A stretch of 64,000 bases of DNA. Origin: Clostridia bacterium. Its GTDB lineage: Bacteria; Bacillota; Clostridia; Peptostreptococcales; Acidaminobacteraceae. The stretch spans positions 21,254-85,253 of the forward strand of contig DATFJG010000123.1 in NCBI GenBank assembly GCA_035269305.1, given 5' to 3'. Below are positions 1 through 9,051 of the stretch, one piece after another. Each line of letters starts with the position of its first letter. The first letter of the stretch is position 1. The position numbers were made by a program, and so were the translations under genes. The notes below the pieces were generated by a model. The model was given only the letters and a program-made list of their open reading frames with translations, ran no database searches and was not told where the DNA came from.

Positions 1-982
1 TTTTAGATTTTGGATATTTTGTAATAAAAACAAAATCACTAGCATATCTTTCTTTAACATACTCACATATTAGTTTTTCTCCTTCACCATCTAGACCACC
101 GTAAGGTGATTTTTTGCCATATTCTTTTAAAATTAAATCTTGAGCATCCGTTAATTTAATTCTTGGTATATCTACTATATCTTTGAGTTCAATTGATAGT
201 AAACCTAATGCATCATCAGCTTTATCTCTTAAGCTCTGGAATAGATATTTTATAAAGCTTTCTTCTAAAGCCATTAAATCATACTCATCAGTAATAAATC
301 CCATTTCAACATCGAGACTTACATATTCATTTAAATGTCGCCATGTATTATGCAGTTCTGCTCTATAGGCATGCCCAACTTCATATACTGCTTCGAAACC
401 AGCACCTACCATCATCTGTTTATAAAATTGAGGACTTTGTGCTAAAAATGCCCGTTGGTCAAAATAATTAACAGTAAATAATTCTGAACCACCCTCTGTA
501 CCAGAAGCTAGAATTTTTGGCGTATGAATTTCAGCAAATCCCTTTTGACCGAAAAAATCTCTAAAAGCATTACATATCTCACTCTGAACTTTAAAGATAG
601 CTCTTTTCTTCGGTCGCCTTAAAGTCATAAAAGGAAAATCTAATTGCTTCTCTAAAGATGCTTTTATCTTTCGTTGATTGATACTAAAGGGTAACAAATC
701 ATAATATGTTTTTCCGATGATTTTGAATGTTTCAACTTTAATTTCTATACCTGTTGGGGCTTTCGAGTTTTTTACTAATTTACCTGTTACTTCTATTGCC
801 ATTTCTAGTTTTAATTGTTCAATAATTCCTTCATCATCAGTTACTAGTTGAAGGATTCCTGTTTTATCTCGCAGGTGAATAAAACATACTTGACCAAATT
901 TATTTATCTTGTGAACCCACCCTTTTACCATAACTTTTTCATCAATAGATCCCTCTAATGCTTTAATTAATACTCTTTCCAT
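1..982 (-). CDS. aspS: Aspartyl-tRNA synthetase, archaeal/type-2 form (possibly non-discriminating); 3' end cut by window edge
   Basis: Not in ORF track because it runs off the window. Manual translation from ATG 982..980 gives MERVLIKALEGSIDEKVMVKGWVHK... It contains LAQSPQFYKQ and YRAELHNTWRHLNEYVSLDVEM, matching archaeal-type AspRS (LAQSPQLYK / RAEEHNTTRHLNE) rather than AsnRS (LSQSGQLY). SD AAGGAGG lies upstream. Confidence 0.8.
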   Translation of the reverse strand, partial: MERVLIKALEGSIDEKVMVKGWVHKINKFGQVCFIHLRDKTGILQLVTDDEGIIEQLKLEMAIEVTGKLVKNSKAPTGIEIKVETFKIIGKTYYDLLPFSINQRKIKASLEKQLDFPFMTLRRPKKRAIFKVQSEICNAFRDFFGQKGFAEIHTPKILASGTEGGSELFTVNYFDQRAFLAQSPQFYKQMMVGAGFEAVYEVGHAYRAELHNTWRHLNEYVSLDVEMGFITDEYDLMALEESFIKYLFQSLRDKADDALGLLSIELKDIVDIPRIKLTDAQDLILKEYGKKSPYGGLDGEGEKLICEYVKERYASDFVFITKYPKSK

Positions 983-1009
983 AATCAAATCCTCCTTAAT
1001 TTTTATAAT

Positions 1010-1290
1010 AAAAAAAGCCTTTCATCCCCTATGAAGGGACGAAAGGCTTAGTTCCGTGGTACCACCCAGTTTAGTTATTTTCATAACTCACTTATATCAG
1101 TACGGAAAATATATTCGATACTGTTCAACTTGGTAACGGATTGATGCCGCCTAAATCTACTCTTATACTTAATTTTGACCTAGAAGCTCGGAGATGTTCT
1201 TCAATATAGGTAATTTTATCTGACTTCCACTACCACAGACTCGCTAAAAAATTATCTTCTATAGTTACTTTTCTCCTCATTGCTTTAAAT
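1010..1290 (-). promoter_or_regulatory. T-box riboswitch leader, probable Asn (AAC) specifier, with intrinsic terminator
   Basis: Minus-strand leader has AGTA/GAA S-turn elements, AG bulge AGCGAG, distal loop TGGTAGTGGAAG and specifier loop TTGAAG-AAC-A (AAC = + strand gtt 1196-1198). The conserved T-box sequence AAACTGGGTGGTACCACGG lies around 1054-1073. Terminator is AAGCCTTTCGTCCC / GGGGATGAAAGGCTT plus a T7 run (1010-1049). Confidence 0.85.
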
Positions 1291-1299
1291 TTGTTTATA

Positions 1300-1328
1300 A
1301 TATTATTCTAATAATTATACATTGTCAA
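1300..1328 (-). promoter_or_regulatory. Sigma-A-type promoter for the T-box/aspS transcript
   Basis: Minus strand reads TTGACA (1328-1323), 17-nt spacer, TAATAT (1305-1300). Confidence 0.6.
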
Positions 1329-1362
1329 GCATTTTTTTGAATTGACATAATATTAAGATAAC

Positions 1363-1731
1363 TTAATTAACTTCATTATTCAAAGCAATTACGCCTTCAT
1401 CACCATTTCTAATACGTATGACATTAGAAATATCAGAAATAAATATTTTTCCATCGCCAACTTCTCCTGTCTGACATATTTCCTTGGTAACTGCTACGAC
1501 TTGTTCAACAGGCACTTCAGATATAACTGTTTCAATCTTAATTTTAGGCAATACCTCTGGTGTATACGAAACACCTCTATAATTTTTCTTTAATCCTTTT
1601 TGTACACCACAACCAGAAACTTTAGTAACAGTCATACCCTGGACACCTATATTGTTTAAAGCATGCTTTAATTCAAAAAATTTGTTTTCTCTCGTTATAA
1701 TCTCTACTTTAGTAATTTTTTTCATTTTCAT
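1363..1731 (-). CDS. glnK: Nitrogen regulatory protein P-II
   Basis: 122-aa P-II family protein with T-loop region KKNYRGVSY and GDGKIF motif. Lies immediately downstream of amt. Confidence 0.9.
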   Translation of the reverse strand: MKMKKITKVEIITRENKFFELKHALNNIGVQGMTVTKVSGCGVQKGLKKNYRGVSYTPEVLPKIKIETVISEVPVEQVVAVTKEICQTGEVGDGKIFISDISNVIRIRNGDEGVIALNNEVN

Positions 1732-1739
1732 CTCCTCAC

Positions 1740-2978
1740 CTAAGCTATACTTCTAGGTTCAAAATCGGCATAACTCTCTGTACCATGTTCCTCTATATCT
1801 AAGCCATTATGCTCTTCTTCATTGGTTACTCGTAGGCCAATAATTGTATCAATTGACTTAAATAAAATATAACTCATCGAAATTGTCCAGATTGCTACAG
1901 CAATGATTCCAGTCATTTGTGCTCTTAGTAAAGCCAAGCTGCCACCATAGAACAATCCACCTTCTGTAGCAAAAAATCCAACTAAGGCTGTTCCAAGTGC
2001 ACCACTGATCCCATGAACAGCCACAGCACCAACAGGATCATCAATTTTAAGTTTAAGATCAACCCATTCGATTCCTAGTATAATTACAATACCTGCGAAT
2101 AAACCTATGAAAATTGCACCAAGGGGTGATACAATATCGCAGCCTGCTGTAATTGCTACTAAACCTGCCAATGCTCCATTTAATGTCATACTGACATCTG
2201 GCTTTCTATATCTAAACCATGAAAAAATCATAGCTACAATGGCTGCTGTTGCAGCTGATAAATTAGTTGTCACAAATATATGAGAAATACTCATATAGTC
2301 GGTACCTGATAGTGTTGATCCTGGATTAAATCCAAACCAACCAAACCACAAAATAAAAACACCTAAGGCTCCTAAAGTCAAACTATGACCTTTGATTACC
2401 TGCGACTCTCCTTTTTTATTATACTTACCAATTCGTGGGCCTAATACCCATGCACCTACAAGGGCTGCCCAACCGCCTAGCGAATGGACAACTGTTGAGC
2501 CGGCGAAGTCGTGAAAACCAAGGGATGATAACCAACCGCCGCCCCAAATCCAGTGTCCAACAACAGGATAAATTATTGCACTAATAACAAAACTGTAGGC
2601 TAAATAAGAAATAAACTTTGTTCGTTCAGCCATTGCACCTGAAACAATTGTTGCTGCCGTGGCACAAAAAACTGTTTGAAATATTAAAAATGCGAATAAA
2701 GGGATATTCAAACCCAAGTGTTCATATGTTTGAGTGGTGAAAAAATTAATTTCACCAATTATACCATTTTGATCTACACCAAACATTATACTGAAACCCA
2801 CTACCCAAAACACGACTGACCCAACTGAAAAATCCATTAGATTTTTCATAATTATATTACCAGCATTTTTGGCTCGTGTGAATCCTGTTTCTACCATTGC
2901 AAAACCTGCTTGCATAAAGAATACTAATACCGTTGCAATTAAAACCCAAACCGTATCAATTGCCATTGAATAATCCAT
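1740..2978 (-). CDS. amt: Ammonium transporter (Amt family)
   Basis: Polytopic membrane protein with Amt signatures (FAGSTVVHSLGGWAALVGAWVLGPR, AVHGISGALGT). The track start is TTG 2993. The ATG at 2978 follows GGAGAGGAGA and is preferred. Confidence 0.9.
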   Translation of the reverse strand: MDYSMAIDTVWVLIATVLVFFMQAGFAMVETGFTRAKNAGNIIMKNLMDFSVGSVVFWVVGFSIMFGVDQNGIIGEINFFTTQTYEHLGLNIPLFAFLIFQTVFCATAATIVSGAMAERTKFISYLAYSFVISAIIYPVVGHWIWGGGWLSSLGFHDFAGSTVVHSLGGWAALVGAWVLGPRIGKYNKKGESQVIKGHSLTLGALGVFILWFGWFGFNPGSTLSGTDYMSISHIFVTTNLSAATAAIVAMIFSWFRYRKPDVSMTLNGALAGLVAITAGCDIVSPLGAIFIGLFAGIVIILGIEWVDLKLKIDDPVGAVAVHGISGALGTALVGFFATEGGLFYGGSLALLRAQMTGIIAVAIWTISMSYILFKSIDTIIGLRVTNEEEHNGLDIEEHGTESYADFEPRSIA

Positions 2979-3030
2979 AATTCTCCTCTCCAATCCTTTA
3001 AATTCATTAATAAAATAATTGCTAAAAATT

Positions 3031-3087
3031 TAAAATAAAAAAGCGCCTATAAATCAAGAGAATGATATTCTCTTAAATTATAGACGC
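3031..3087 (-). terminator. Strong intrinsic terminator between ORF 3165..3677 and amt, lying inside the predicted amt leader
   Basis: Minus strand GCGTCTATAATTTAAGAGAAT / ATTCTCTTGATTTATAGGCGC forms a 21-position stem with 1 mismatch and 2 G-U pairs, loop ATC. It is followed by TTTTTATTTT. Confidence 0.7.
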
Positions 3088-3118
3088 CTTTGCCTACGTG
3101 TTATTTTAAATTTTCTTA

Positions 3119-3147
3119 ATAGTAACACAGGTTTATTAATAAATCAA
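3119..3147 (-). promoter_or_regulatory. Candidate amt-glnK promoter upstream of the terminator hairpin
   Basis: Minus strand reads TTGATT (3147-3142), 17 nt, TACTAT (3124-3119), preceded by a TGt extended -10 element. Confidence 0.35.
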
Positions 3148-3164
3148 ATATTTTTTAATCAATT

Positions 3165-3677
3165 TTATGATTCTAGTGGCTTTTTCTTCTGATTCATTAA
3201 ATCTAATTTTACTTGTACTTGTTGAATCTTAGACGTTGCACGACCCATTGGACAGATAACACACCAACTGCGCCCTTTAAAAAGAATTCCTATTAAAATT
3301 CCAACAATAAATGAACTTCCCATAAATCTAAACATTGAAAAAGCAATTTTTAAATAGTCTCCATTTGCATGACTGATTGATACCGTTAACAAAACTACCA
3401 TGATTAATAATAATCCATCTTTAAAAATATTATTTTTCATAAACTTCGGCATTTTATAACCAATACTGATTCGGTCGATTATTTGTCCTAAAAAAGAACC
3501 TCTTGGACAATACTTTACACAATGAACTTTACCATTACCTTTTAGTGCGTGAATAATCGGTGCGCCCATACACATAAAACCTAGAATGCCAAATCTAAAA
3601 TCAACAATTGACAAAACAAAAAATATTACTATTATAATCCATGCCCATTCCATATGGCTTTTTTTATTTTTCATCAT
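3165..3677 (-). CDS. Membrane protein with two Cys motifs ending CP-x-G (Fer4_5/NapH-like 4Fe-4S binding protein?)
   Basis: 170 aa with about 4 hydrophobic segments. Motifs HCVKYCPRG and WCVICPMG. Confidence 0.5.
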   Translation of the reverse strand: MMKNKKSHMEWAWIIIVIFFVLSIVDFRFGILGFMCMGAPIIHALKGNGKVHCVKYCPRGSFLGQIIDRISIGYKMPKFMKNNIFKDGLLLIMVVLLTVSISHANGDYLKIAFSMFRFMGSSFIVGILIGILFKGRSWCVICPMGRATSKIQQVQVKLDLMNQKKKPLES

Positions 3678-3801
3678 AACCCCTCCTACAGGGGGTAGTT
3701 TATACCATAGAATATACTAATGCAAGTGAAAAAAAGATGTTTAAATGTTGGAATTATTCTGATAATTCTTAAAACTAAAGTATCACAAAATATGAGTTAT
3801 T

Positions 3802-4335
3802 CTAATCTGATGTCACTTGGATTTCCTTCCATTTTATTTCATTAGCAGATATAATCTCAAACTTATATAAGCCAGAACCCATGATATGTCCGTCTTCAAA
3901 GGTAGCATAAACCCACTTTTCATTTAGTAAGTGGGCATCTGTAAAAAACATTGTTCCACCAAGTACCCCATCAATAGAAATTAACTCCGGTTTTTCTAAT
4001 AAATCTTCTTCTATTATCTTATAGTCATCTATACCCATTCTTTCTAATCTTATACTTGTCACATAATCAATAATTTTGGAGTCTTCCAGCTTCTGGCTGA
4101 GCTCTTGATTTTCGGCTTCTATAGCCTTCATAGTTATTATAGCTTTTTCATAATCTTTAGTTATTGAATCAATATTTTCTTCTTTTTCGTCTATTACTTC
4201 AGCCTGAATTATACTATTATCTTTCATACTTTCTAAATCTTTTTTTAACTGATTATTTTGATACAATAAAACAACTACTACCAAAATAATCATAACGATA
4301 ATAATATTTTTCTTATTACTCAAATTATCACCCAC
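3802..4335 (-). CDS. Hypothetical membrane-anchored coiled-coil protein
   Basis: 177 aa with N-terminal TM segment (IIIVMIILVVVVLL), an E/K-rich coiled-coil stretch, and a C-terminal domain of unknown family. Confidence 0.5.
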   Translation of the reverse strand: MGDNLSNKKNIIIVMIILVVVVLLYQNNQLKKDLESMKDNSIIQAEVIDEKEENIDSITKDYEKAIITMKAIEAENQELSQKLEDSKIIDYVTSIRLERMGIDDYKIIEEDLLEKPELISIDGVLGGTMFFTDAHLLNEKWVYATFEDGHIMGSGLYKFEIISANEIKWKEIQVTSD

Positions 4336-4344
4336 TTCTCGATT

Positions 4345-5112
4345 TTACTTAAAAATACTTCTAATTTTTTTATATCCCATATCTTCTATTTCATCATACT
4401 CTAAAACTTTTACAACCATTTGAAATCCTCTTTCATCAAGAATTTTTGATTCAGGATAATTTTTGAAACTGAATTTCTTTCCTAGATAAGCATTAATTGA
4501 AAGAACGAGAGCATCTAATATATCATCCTTTTTCACTTGTTTTCTTAAATATTTGTCTAAGGTATAATCTACTATTCTATCCGTTTCTGGATGTATTTTC
4601 TTTAAAAGATCTAATCTTTCAGAATAACCTTCTTTTTTCCGCTTATTATGATTCATTGCTTGGCCATTTAGCATCATAAAAGCCAGTTCTGGATGCGATT
4701 CAAATATTTTTTCTCCTAGTAATTTATTCTTAATTAAATATTGATCCAACCTTTTAATTTTAGGCGCAATACCCCATAACTGTTTAGAGATACCTTTATT
4801 CATTAACTTTTTATTTAAAGCATTCCCCTCATTGTAGCTATCACAATAGATAGCTGACCTAGAAGGAACACCAAAAACACTCATACCCCTTGGATAGCCT
4901 AATACTTTTCTAATCTCTTTATCACAAATACGCTCTTCTTTTGATTCATCGAGTAAACCTAATGGCATATCAATTAATATCAAATCACTTGATTTATAAT
5001 AATCTAAAAGTTCTTCAATATTTGAAAAAAGTTTTACTTTCCAAAAAAGATTCTCTTTGAGATTAACTGAAATCCAACCATATTTACAACCATCAATACC
5101 TACTACATTCAT
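4345..5112 (-). CDS. DUF429-family protein (predicted RNase H-fold nuclease)
   Basis: N-terminal VVGIDGCKYGW, IDMPLGLL and RICD pattern, recalled from DUF429 members. Confidence 0.55.
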   Translation of the reverse strand: MNVVGIDGCKYGWISVNLKENLFWKVKLFSNIEELLDYYKSSDLILIDMPLGLLDESKEERICDKEIRKVLGYPRGMSVFGVPSRSAIYCDSYNEGNALNKKLMNKGISKQLWGIAPKIKRLDQYLIKNKLLGEKIFESHPELAFMMLNGQAMNHNKRKKEGYSERLDLLKKIHPETDRIVDYTLDKYLRKQVKKDDILDALVLSINAYLGKKFSFKNYPESKILDERGFQMVVKVLEYDEIEDMGYKKIRSIFK

Positions 5113-5124
5113 TTATGATACTGC

Positions 5125-5508
5125 CTATAGTTCGCAAAATAATTCGTGTATATTCCCATCTGGATCAGCAAATAAAGCCGTCCTTTGATTCCATGGCATA
5201 TCTTCAGGCCTATGAATGGCAGCGGCCCCTTTATTGATTAACTGCTCAAATGATTCATCTAAATCTTCCTTATTTTCACAAGGAAAAGCTAATTCAAATC
5301 CTTGACCAGTTGATTTTTCTTTAAAAGCATTGGAGTATTTATACATAACGGTTCTGAGACATATTGCAAATCTTACCCCATCATTTGCAAATTCAACATA
5401 TTCTCCTAAGTCATTAATTATTCTAAAACCTAAAACCTTATTATAAAAATCTCTCATTTCATCCATGTTATCCGTCCAAATAGTTATTAAACTTATAATA
5501 TTTTTCAT
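5125..5508 (-). CDS. VOC/glyoxalase-bleomycin resistance family protein
   Basis: The beta-alpha-beta-beta-beta module pattern (FYNKVLGF..., DPDGNIHELF) is typical of VOC proteins. The ATG at 5508 follows AGGAGAGGAGAAG. The track start 5532 overlaps the upstream gene. Confidence 0.7.
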   Translation of the reverse strand: MKNIISLITIWTDNMDEMRDFYNKVLGFRIINDLGEYVEFANDGVRFAICLRTVMYKYSNAFKEKSTGQGFELAFPCENKEDLDESFEQLINKGAAAIHRPEDMPWNQRTALFADPDGNIHELFCEL

Positions 5509-5521
5509 ATCTTCTCCTCTC

Positions 5522-6325
5522 CTATTTAACACTAATTTCTATTTCATTCTTTATATTTAACTTGACTGCTCCTAATGTTACTATTAATAAAGCCATCAAT
5601 AATACAAAGCTTCCTCTTGGCGTCATTATGGTTGCTGCATAGCCTATCGTTGTATTTGCGATAGTATGAAATAGTATCGCTGCCCAAACACTTTCATTTG
5701 TTCTAAAAAATACTATTGAAATTAGAACAGAAATAAGCACTGTATATATCACATAACCACTTATTGTCGGCAATAGTGTGAATTTTTCAACCATTTGCCA
5801 CTGAAATGTCCCCTGCATAAAAAATCTTGGGAGATGCCAAAAACTCCAGATAATTCCAATAATAAAACTACTAATAAAAATATTATAAGATTTCATGATT
5901 CTACTCATTAAAAATCCTCGCCAACCAAACTCTTCGCCTAACGGCCCTTGAAATATTAAGATATAGAAAAAAACTAATGGAAAAACTTTTAATGGATAGT
6001 AAAATACAAAATCATCCCCTATGAGTTGTGTAATGATTAAAAATAAGCCTATCATTACGGGAAAATATGCAAATATCATTAAATATTCTTTTGTTTTGAT
6101 CTTAATCTTTAGCACCGATCTAAACAAATTGCTTTCTGTGGATTTTTTAGAGTATTTTATAGTCATTATTATACCAACAATTGAAGGCATATAGGTACCT
6201 GCGAGTATTAATCCGTTTTTAGAAATAAAAAAATTACTACCACTTACTAAAGGTAACCAAAAAATCCAAGTCAATAAATATACAAGTAGTACGAAAACTA
6301 TTGATTCTTTAATATTATCTCTCAT
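5522..6325 (-). CDS. CPBP family intramembrane glutamic endopeptidase (Abi/CAAX protease-like)
   Basis: Polytopic protein with EEFGWRGF (motif 1), SFWH and FHTIAN motifs. Confidence 0.8.
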   Translation of the reverse strand: MRDNIKESIVFVLLVYLLTWIFWLPLVSGSNFFISKNGLILAGTYMPSIVGIIMTIKYSKKSTESNLFRSVLKIKIKTKEYLMIFAYFPVMIGLFLIITQLIGDDFVFYYPLKVFPLVFFYILIFQGPLGEEFGWRGFLMSRIMKSYNIFISSFIIGIIWSFWHLPRFFMQGTFQWQMVEKFTLLPTISGYVIYTVLISVLISIVFFRTNESVWAAILFHTIANTTIGYAATIMTPRGSFVLLMALLIVTLGAVKLNIKNEIEISVK

Positions 6326-6460
6326 ATCATCTCCTTAGAATAATACATTAGAATAATACATTATCTAGGTTAATTATATCATTATCAATCATATTTCACA
6401 TATTTTTTTAGGCTAACTCATAATAAAAATAGGAGTTTATAACTCCTATTCATAAGACAT

Positions 6461-7774
6461 CTAATTATTCTTTTCTATATAGAATGATGGTACTGTAAAG
6501 CCTTCATGAAGTCCTGAGATAATAGAATTTAAGCCTAACCTAGAATATATACCATATAAAGATTCGTTATAGACAAATAGACCAGTAATATTTCTGAAAT
6601 CTTCAACAATATATTCTTCATTAGACTCAAATATTATATTTTTACTATATGAGGGTTGACAAAATTCTTGAATTAAATAGTTTTCATGTTTTATTCGCTC
6701 TAATTGAACAATCCACTCTTCATTCGTTAAGTCATTTCCAGCAAAAACACCCTTTGATGCATAATTATCAATAGGTTTCGCTATCAAAGAATTTTTATTA
6801 AGAATATATTTATCCTTAACTTCTTTAATTTTTTCAGTTATCGGAATATGGCTATTAATATATCTAATTTCTTCTACGGTTAAATACTTCTGGTATCTTT
6901 CATCATGTAATACTTTAAAAAAAAGTTTCGTATGAACTATTTGACTTCTTAAGTTTCCAATAATACAGGTTTTGTTTGCTTTTATACCTTCGATTAAGTC
7001 CGGAATTTGATCATAATTATCCATTAAATCCTTAGTGACTAACCGCCTATAAATTATATCAATTTTTTTCTCTTCATAATATAAAAAGCCCTGTCTTTCA
7101 CTTAGATCTCTTGGATCTGCAATAATAACATCATAATTTGTTTTTTCAAAAGCTTCTTTGAACTCAACAAACTCAATTGATGGTTCATCATGTATAAAAT
7201 CTAAAATACACAGCGTAGGATTTTCCTTAGAAATACCCGCCTCATTTTTAATCTTAGTGACTTCACTTACCCAAGTGTCGAACAGCTCAAAAGAGTGAAT
7301 GTTATAGTCTTTTTTTAGCTCTTTTAATAATAAACTTTTGCCAAAAATCTCCGATAGAACCATGTCTTCATTCATCGCAGATGAGCCATCTGTATTTAAC
7401 TCACAAAATTTATATTTTCCTTTTCCATAATAAAAAATATCGAATCGACCCATTGGTACATTAGATGAATATGGTTTCTCTAATAATATTAGCTCTTCTA
7501 ATCGTTGATCAAAGTTATATATTTTTCTTATCTCTTCATTATCAAAATAGAGATCTATAGTCTTGTTGACTAAATTAAAAATATTCTTAATAATTATATT
7601 AAAATCAATTATATCTTCTTTCGTAAAAAACTTTGGTACATATAAAAATGGCACAGGTTCACCCTTATAAATTGCTTTTGATTTATTTACTTCCTCATTT
7701 ATTTTTACAAAATCTTTATAATAATTTGAGTAATTTTCTATAATCCCTTCTACAAGTTTTTCATCATTTCCCAT
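6461..7774 (-). CDS. Glutathionylspermidine-synthase-like ATP-grasp ligase (possible gamma-Glu-Cys-X / glutathione synthetase)
   Basis: GRFDIFYYGKGKYKFCELNTDGSSAMNED is typical of GSP-synth pre-ATP-grasp family proteins. Overlaps the upstream GCL gene by 25 nt. Confidence 0.6.
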   Translation of the reverse strand: MGNDEKLVEGIIENYSNYYKDFVKINEEVNKSKAIYKGEPVPFLYVPKFFTKEDIIDFNIIIKNIFNLVNKTIDLYFDNEEIRKIYNFDQRLEELILLEKPYSSNVPMGRFDIFYYGKGKYKFCELNTDGSSAMNEDMVLSEIFGKSLLLKELKKDYNIHSFELFDTWVSEVTKIKNEAGISKENPTLCILDFIHDEPSIEFVEFKEAFEKTNYDVIIADPRDLSERQGFLYYEEKKIDIIYRRLVTKDLMDNYDQIPDLIEGIKANKTCIIGNLRSQIVHTKLFFKVLHDERYQKYLTVEEIRYINSHIPITEKIKEVKDKYILNKNSLIAKPIDNYASKGVFAGNDLTNEEWIVQLERIKHENYLIQEFCQPSYSKNIIFESNEEYIVEDFRNITGLFVYNESLYGIYSRLGLNSIISGLHEGFTVPSFYIEKNN

Positions 7775-9051
7775 GTCAAGCCCCCTGTCACTATTGAAAA
7801 GAATCTGCTTTTATCCTCCTGAAAGATTTTCTTTAAAAAATTCGATACACTTCCATAATTATCAATTAAATATTTAACTTCATATAACTCAACTATTTCA
7901 CTTTCCTTCAATACTTCCATTGCATCAGTAAATAACTCATTAATTATATTTTTACTGTTGATACCCTTGTAATTGATGTTTAAACTTTCTTTGAACAGTT
8001 CTTTAAATTTCATGTAATCTTCATCATCATATTCTAAAGATAATTTATAGTATTTATCCAAATTTTCTTGATTATAAAATATTCCTTTAATTAATGCTGG
8101 TACTGCAAGACTTAAAGGATATGGTAAAGCATCAGGCATTCTTAACTCAATATAACCTTTCAAACGTGTATCAGGAAAGACCATTCCTAAAGTATATTCT
8201 AAATCTATCTCTTGGTAGTCTTCTGTTTGAATTATTTCTTTTAGACTTTGCTGTCCAGTAAATGCATAATCTTTATTACTCCTTATAAAAATTGGCGGAG
8301 TGTTCATTATATACTCAGCATAATCATTAAAGTTAAAATTTTTTTTATTTAGTGCATTATTTGGAATGCCACATCTTGATTGATCTGTATGATCCCATAT
8401 ATTTAATCTTAAATTATTACTCTCATAAATCTTTCCTTCAAAAACTGGAGAAGCATCGAAAATTCTATAGATAAATGGGCTTAAAAAATTAGATACTCGA
8501 AATTTTTTTATAAAGTCATCTTCTGAATGATAATCAATAGCGACTTGCGTTGAAGCCGTACCTTTCATCATATAATGGGCATATTTCCCACAATTCTTAA
8601 AATATTCAAACATTTGATGATACCTTAATTTAGGAAGAATTTCTAATGTTTCTATTTTTGTTTTAGGATGATAACCTAAACTAATAATACATTGGTTCTC
8701 TAATAACGAAGACTTAATTTCATCTAATATACTAGAATATGCTTTTCTTATACTATCTATTCCCATAAAGGGTTTCAAACTAACTTCTATTTGTCCACCG
8801 GGTTCGAGAGTAATATAATGGTTATTTTTTGTTAAACCTAAAATCTCTTCTGAAGCCCTGTTTAGTTCTTTATATCCAAGATTTAATAAATTCTCCATAA
8901 CTTTTTTTACACCACTATTATAATCACAACTTTCAAGTGATTTTTGGTCTATAATAAAGTGTTCAAATTCAACACCTATCCTTTCGGTATTATTTTTAAT
9001 ACCATTATTAAATATTTGAACTAACTCTTTTATAAATATCATTTCATTCAT
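7750..9051 (-). CDS. gshA: Glutamate--cysteine ligase family protein
   Basis: RIGVEFEHFII N-terminal motif and ITLEPGGQIEVS motif resemble plant/group-3 gamma-glutamylcysteine ligases. Confidence 0.7.
   Translation of the reverse strand: MNEMIFIKELVQIFNNGIKNNTERIGVEFEHFIIDQKSLESCDYNSGVKKVMENLLNLGYKELNRASEEILGLTKNNHYITLEPGGQIEVSLKPFMGIDSIRKAYSSILDEIKSSLLENQCIISLGYHPKTKIETLEILPKLRYHQMFEYFKNCGKYAHYMMKGTASTQVAIDYHSEDDFIKKFRVSNFLSPFIYRIFDASPVFEGKIYESNNLRLNIWDHTDQSRCGIPNNALNKKNFNFNDYAEYIMNTPPIFIRSNKDYAFTGQQSLKEIIQTEDYQEIDLEYTLGMVFPDTRLKGYIELRMPDALPYPLSLAVPALIKGIFYNQENLDKYYKLSLEYDDEDYMKFKELFKESLNINYKGINSKNIINELFTDAMEVLKESEIVELYEVKYLIDNYGSVSNFLKKIFQEDKSRFFSIVTGGLTWEMMKNL

Noticed and set aside
183-368. 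61-aa plus-strand ORF at the window start
   Set aside because: It is antisense to the clearly recognisable AspRS reading frame and has no translation signals.
3095-3125. Possible GlnR/TnrA box in the amt upstream region (TGTTACTATTAAGAAAATTTAAAATAACA)
   Set aside because: The half-sites TGTTA and TAACA are separated by 19 nt instead of the 7 nt required by the TGTNA-N7-TNACA consensus. No 17-bp match exists.
6337-6362. Perfect 13-nt tandem duplication AGAATAATACATT x2 immediately upstream of the CPBP gene SD
   Set aside because: It is too close to the SD to be a promoter-upstream regulator site. It is most simply a slipped-strand duplication in the 5' UTR, and there is no supporting context such as a LytTR regulator.
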